Shown here: positions 61,301-64,000 of the stretch, piece by piece | How the letters are laid out: every line of letters begins with the position of its first letter | How positions within the stretch are numbered: position 1 is the first letter of the stretch | Assembly: GCA_963796055.1 (NCBI GenBank) | Contig: CAWCKH010000003.1 | Coordinates: forward strand, 384,001-448,000 | Source of the DNA: an uncultured delta proteobacterium | GTDB taxonomy: Bacteria > Myxococcota > Myxococcia > Myxococcales > Myxococcaceae | Direction of reading: 5' to 3' | DNA: 64,000 bases | Notes under the pieces: model-generated | Told to the model about the DNA's origin: nothing | Databases searched by the model: none | What the model saw: only the letters and a program-made list of their open reading frames with translations | Program-made: the position numbers and the translations under genes

Positions 61301-62415
61301 CGTCCGCTCCCTCCCGGCACCTGCCCGTTCAAGGTGACCAGCATCGCCCCGGTGATCTCGTCACCGGGGTCGATCTTCAACGCCCCCTCCTTGGTGGAGA
61401 GGTGCTGCACCAGGGTCAGCACGTTGCGGGCGAACATCTGGCTGGCGTGCAGGGGCACCGTGGCCGCGAGCTGCACCGGCCCGAGGAGGACCACCCCGCC
61501 GACCACCGCCCGCTCGCCGGCCCTCGTCCCCTCGACGTTCCCGCCGGTCTCGGCTGCCAGGTCGACCACCACCGAGCCCGGCCGGAGCGTCCCCAGCGCC
61601 TTGCGGTCGACCAGCACCGGCGCCCGCTTCCCCGGGACCTGGGCGGTGCAGAGCAGCATGTCCTGCTGGGGGATGGCGGCGGCCAGCGCCTCCCGGGTCT
61701 TCGCCTCCTCCTCCGCGGTCTGCGCCCGGGCGTAGCCACCGGCCGCCTCGGCGTCGGAGGACACCTCCGGACCGACGAAGCTCGCCCCGAGGCTCAGGAT
61801 CTGCTCCCGGGCGGCGAGCCGCACGTCGAACCCGGCGACCACCGCCCCCAGTCGCCGGGCGGTGGCGATCGCCTGGAGCCCCGCCACCCCGGCCCCCAGC
61901 ACCAGCACCCTGGCCGGGGCGAGCGTCCCGGCGGCGGTGGTGAGCATCGGGAGCAGCTTGCCCAGCTCGGCGGCGCCGATGAGCACCGCCTTGTAGCCGG
62001 CGACGGTGGCCTGTGAGCTCAGCACGTCCATCGACTGGGCGCGGGTGATGCGAGGCACCCGCTCCAGCGCCAGGAACGTCAGCCGGCGCGCGGCCAGCGA
62101 GGGGATCAGCGCGTCGGCCGGCTCGACCCCGAGCATGGAGACGATGGTCGTCCCCTCGGGCGCCTCGGCGATCTCCGCCGGGGCGGGCCGGCGCACCCGG
62201 GGCCAGAGCTCCACCCCGGTGAGCGCCTCGGCCCGTGAGCCGAGCGGCCGCGCCCCGCCCTTCTCGTAGTCGGCGTCGGTGAATCCGGCGGCGAGGCCCG
62301 CCCCCCGCTCGATCGAGATCCGATGGCCGGCCTTGGTGAGCCGCGCCACCACCTCGGGAACCAGTGCCACCCGGGCTTCCCCCGGTGCGGTCTCCCGTAC
62401 CACCGCGATGCGCAT
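61297..62415 (-). CDS. pntAA: NAD(P) transhydrogenase alpha-1 subunit
   Basis: PRITRAQSMDVLSSQ, GYKAV, GAGVAGL and VDLAAETGGN. Confidence 0.95.
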   Translation of the reverse strand: MRIAVVRETAPGEARVALVPEVVARLTKAGHRISIERGAGLAAGFTDADYEKGGARPLGSRAEALTGVELWPRVRRPAPAEIAEAPEGTTIVSMLGVEPADALIPSLAARRLTFLALERVPRITRAQSMDVLSSQATVAGYKAVLIGAAELGKLLPMLTTAAGTLAPARVLVLGAGVAGLQAIATARRLGAVVAGFDVRLAAREQILSLGASFVGPEVSSDAEAAGGYARAQTAEEEAKTREALAAAIPQQDMLLCTAQVPGKRAPVLVDRKALGTLRPGSVVVDLAAETGGNVEGTRAGERAVVGGVVLLGPVQLAATVPLHASQMFARNVLTLVQHLSTKEGALKIDPGDEITGAMLVTLNGQVPGGSGR

Positions 62416-62427
62416 CGCACACCCCTT

Positions 62428-64000
62428 CTAGAAGGAGTTGCCGATCGTGAACTCGAAGAGGATTGGGTCGTCGATCGGGCGTCTGGTGAGTGGAATGCCC
62501 CACTCGAATCGTAGCGGACCGACCGGAGAGAACCAGCGAATCCCGAAGCCGGTAGACCAGAACAGTCCCAGCGGAAGTGAATGCTGTTTGTCTTCGAAGA
62601 AGCTGGCATTCACGGCGAAGGCGTTTCCGGCGTCGACGAAGACCACGCCCTTGACCCCGACCTTGGGGACGATGGGGAACTCCAGCTCGAGATTGAGCAC
62701 GAACTGCTTGTTGCCACCGACCACGAAGGCGGTCGCCGGACAGTCGGGCCGGTTGCAGGTGGGCACCAGGATGGTGGGAGAGATCGAGCTCAGCGAGTAG
62801 CCGCGGATGGTGTTGATGCCGCCGAGGTAATAGAGCTCGGAGACCGGCAGGGGGCGGGTGCTGTCCAGATTCGCGATGTAGCCGATGGTGGTGTTGGTCT
62901 TGAACACCATCCCCAGCGGGAGCGACCAGTAGAAGCGCGAGAAGAGGGTGTAGCGCGCGTAGTTCAGGGTCCCCCCGAGGAAGTCCGGGGCGAACTCGGC
63001 CGAGGCGAACTGGTAGAAGCCCTTGCTCGGGAAGAGCCGGTTGTCGCGCCGGTCCCAGGCGAGGGTGAAGCGCACCGCCGAGGTGACCTGGGTGCCGATG
63101 CGGAAACGCCCGTAGAGCGGCACGGTGTTGGTGTTGATCACGCCGGCATTGGGCCCGGTTCCGGTTCCTCCCGGCGAGGCCTCCACCCACTCCCGGGTGT
63201 ACCCCACGCTGGCGATGAGGTCGTCCCAGATGTGGTAGCCGAGCCCCACCGAGCCACCCAGCGCCTGGCGGGTGAAGTCGAACTGGTCGATCTGGGTCCG
63301 GTAGACGTCGAGGGAGAAGATCCAGTCGGTGTCGAAGAAGTAGGGGTCGTAGAACGACAGCTGTATCAGCTGCCGGAGGCTGCTGAGCTGGGCGGACAAC
63401 GAGACCGTCTGCCCCCACCCCAGGAAGTTGTTCTGGGTGACCTGGGCGGTGAAGATGAAGCTCTCCACCGAGCTGAAGCCGAAGCCCACCTGGAAGCTGC
63501 CGGTGCTCTTCTCCTTCACCTCGACGGTGACCACCACGTGGCTGTCGTCGCCACCCGGCTTGTAGGTGATCTCCACCGTCTCGAAGAAGCCGAGCGCGGT
63601 AACCCGCTCCTTGCTTCGCCGCAAGCCACTTCCCGAGAAGAGATCGCCCTCGTAGATCCGCAGCTCGCGCCGGATGACCTTGTCCCGGGTCTTGGTGTTC
63701 CCGATGACCTCGATCCGGTCGATAGTCTGCAGCTTCCCCTTCTCCACCCGGAAGTCGAGCGCCACGGTCCGTTCCTGGGGATTGACCTGGGTCTCGGGGT
63801 TGAAGTTCGCGTAGGCGTAGCCCTGGTCTTGGTAGATGTCGGCCAGCGACTGGTCGTCCTTCAGGACCTTGGCCCGGCTGAAGTAGTCGCCCCGGCGCGA
63901 CTCGAGCACCGCGAACAGCCGCTCCTTGGGAACGATGAGGTCGCCGGAGAAGTCGATGCTGGAGATCCGGTACTGCTCGCCCTCGGTGATCTTCACCGTG
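62428..64000 (-). CDS. bamA: Outer membrane protein assembly factor BamA; 5' end outside the window
   Basis: POTRA GNTKTRDKVIRRE, VKEKSTG, NFLGWGQ, IRGY, WFSPVGPLRFEWG and terminal F. Confidence 0.95.
   Translation of the reverse strand, partial: TVKITEGEQYRISSIDFSGDLIVPKERLFAVLESRRGDYFSRAKVLKDDQSLADIYQDQGYAYANFNPETQVNPQERTVALDFRVEKGKLQTIDRIEVIGNTKTRDKVIRRELRIYEGDLFSGSGLRRSKERVTALGFFETVEITYKPGGDDSHVVVTVEVKEKSTGSFQVGFGFSSVESFIFTAQVTQNNFLGWGQTVSLSAQLSSLRQLIQLSFYDPYFFDTDWIFSLDVYRTQIDQFDFTRQALGGSVGLGYHIWDDLIASVGYTREWVEASPGGTGTGPNAGVINTNTVPLYGRFRIGTQVTSAVRFTLAWDRRDNRLFPSKGFYQFASAEFAPDFLGGTLNYARYTLFSRFYWSLPLGMVFKTNTTIGYIANLDSTRPLPVSELYYLGGINTIRGYSLSSISPTILVPTCNRPDCPATAFVVGGNKQFVLNLELEFPIVPKVGVKGVVFVDAGNAFAVNASFFEDKQHSLPLGLFWSTGFGIRWFSPVGPLRFEWGIPLTRRPIDDPILFEFTIGNSF

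Overview
High-GC myxobacterial chromosome segment; the 16S rRNA resembles Myxococcales/Cystobacterineae. The backbone is housekeeping, mostly on the minus strand: bamA (partial), pntAA-AB-B, skp-lpxD-fabZ-lpxA-lpxI, lpxB-GT2-marC (plus strand), msbA-PHP-waaA-GT4-GT4-lpxK-hldA-hldC, GT9, yicC-gmk, a full rRNA operon (16S, tRNA-Ile, tRNA-Ala, 23S, 5S) with three tandem sigma70-like promoters, two KamA-family radical SAM genes, spoIID-queA-tgt-yajC-secD-secF, recJ, aspS, an SNF2 helicase and a partial HEAT-repeat lipoprotein. Several accessory genes appear inserted into this backbone. The most unusual element is a CUT1 sugar ABC importer (28746-33583) in which both permeases carry extra domains in the first periplasmic loop. 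One is a lysine-less lipoyl/biotinyl-like domain and the other a triple beta-beta-alpha SPOR/AP2-like repeat. Three genes (SNF2, secD, a MacB-type ATPase) are each broken by one doubled base, which is probably sequencing error. All calls come from manual motif recognition; no searches were run.
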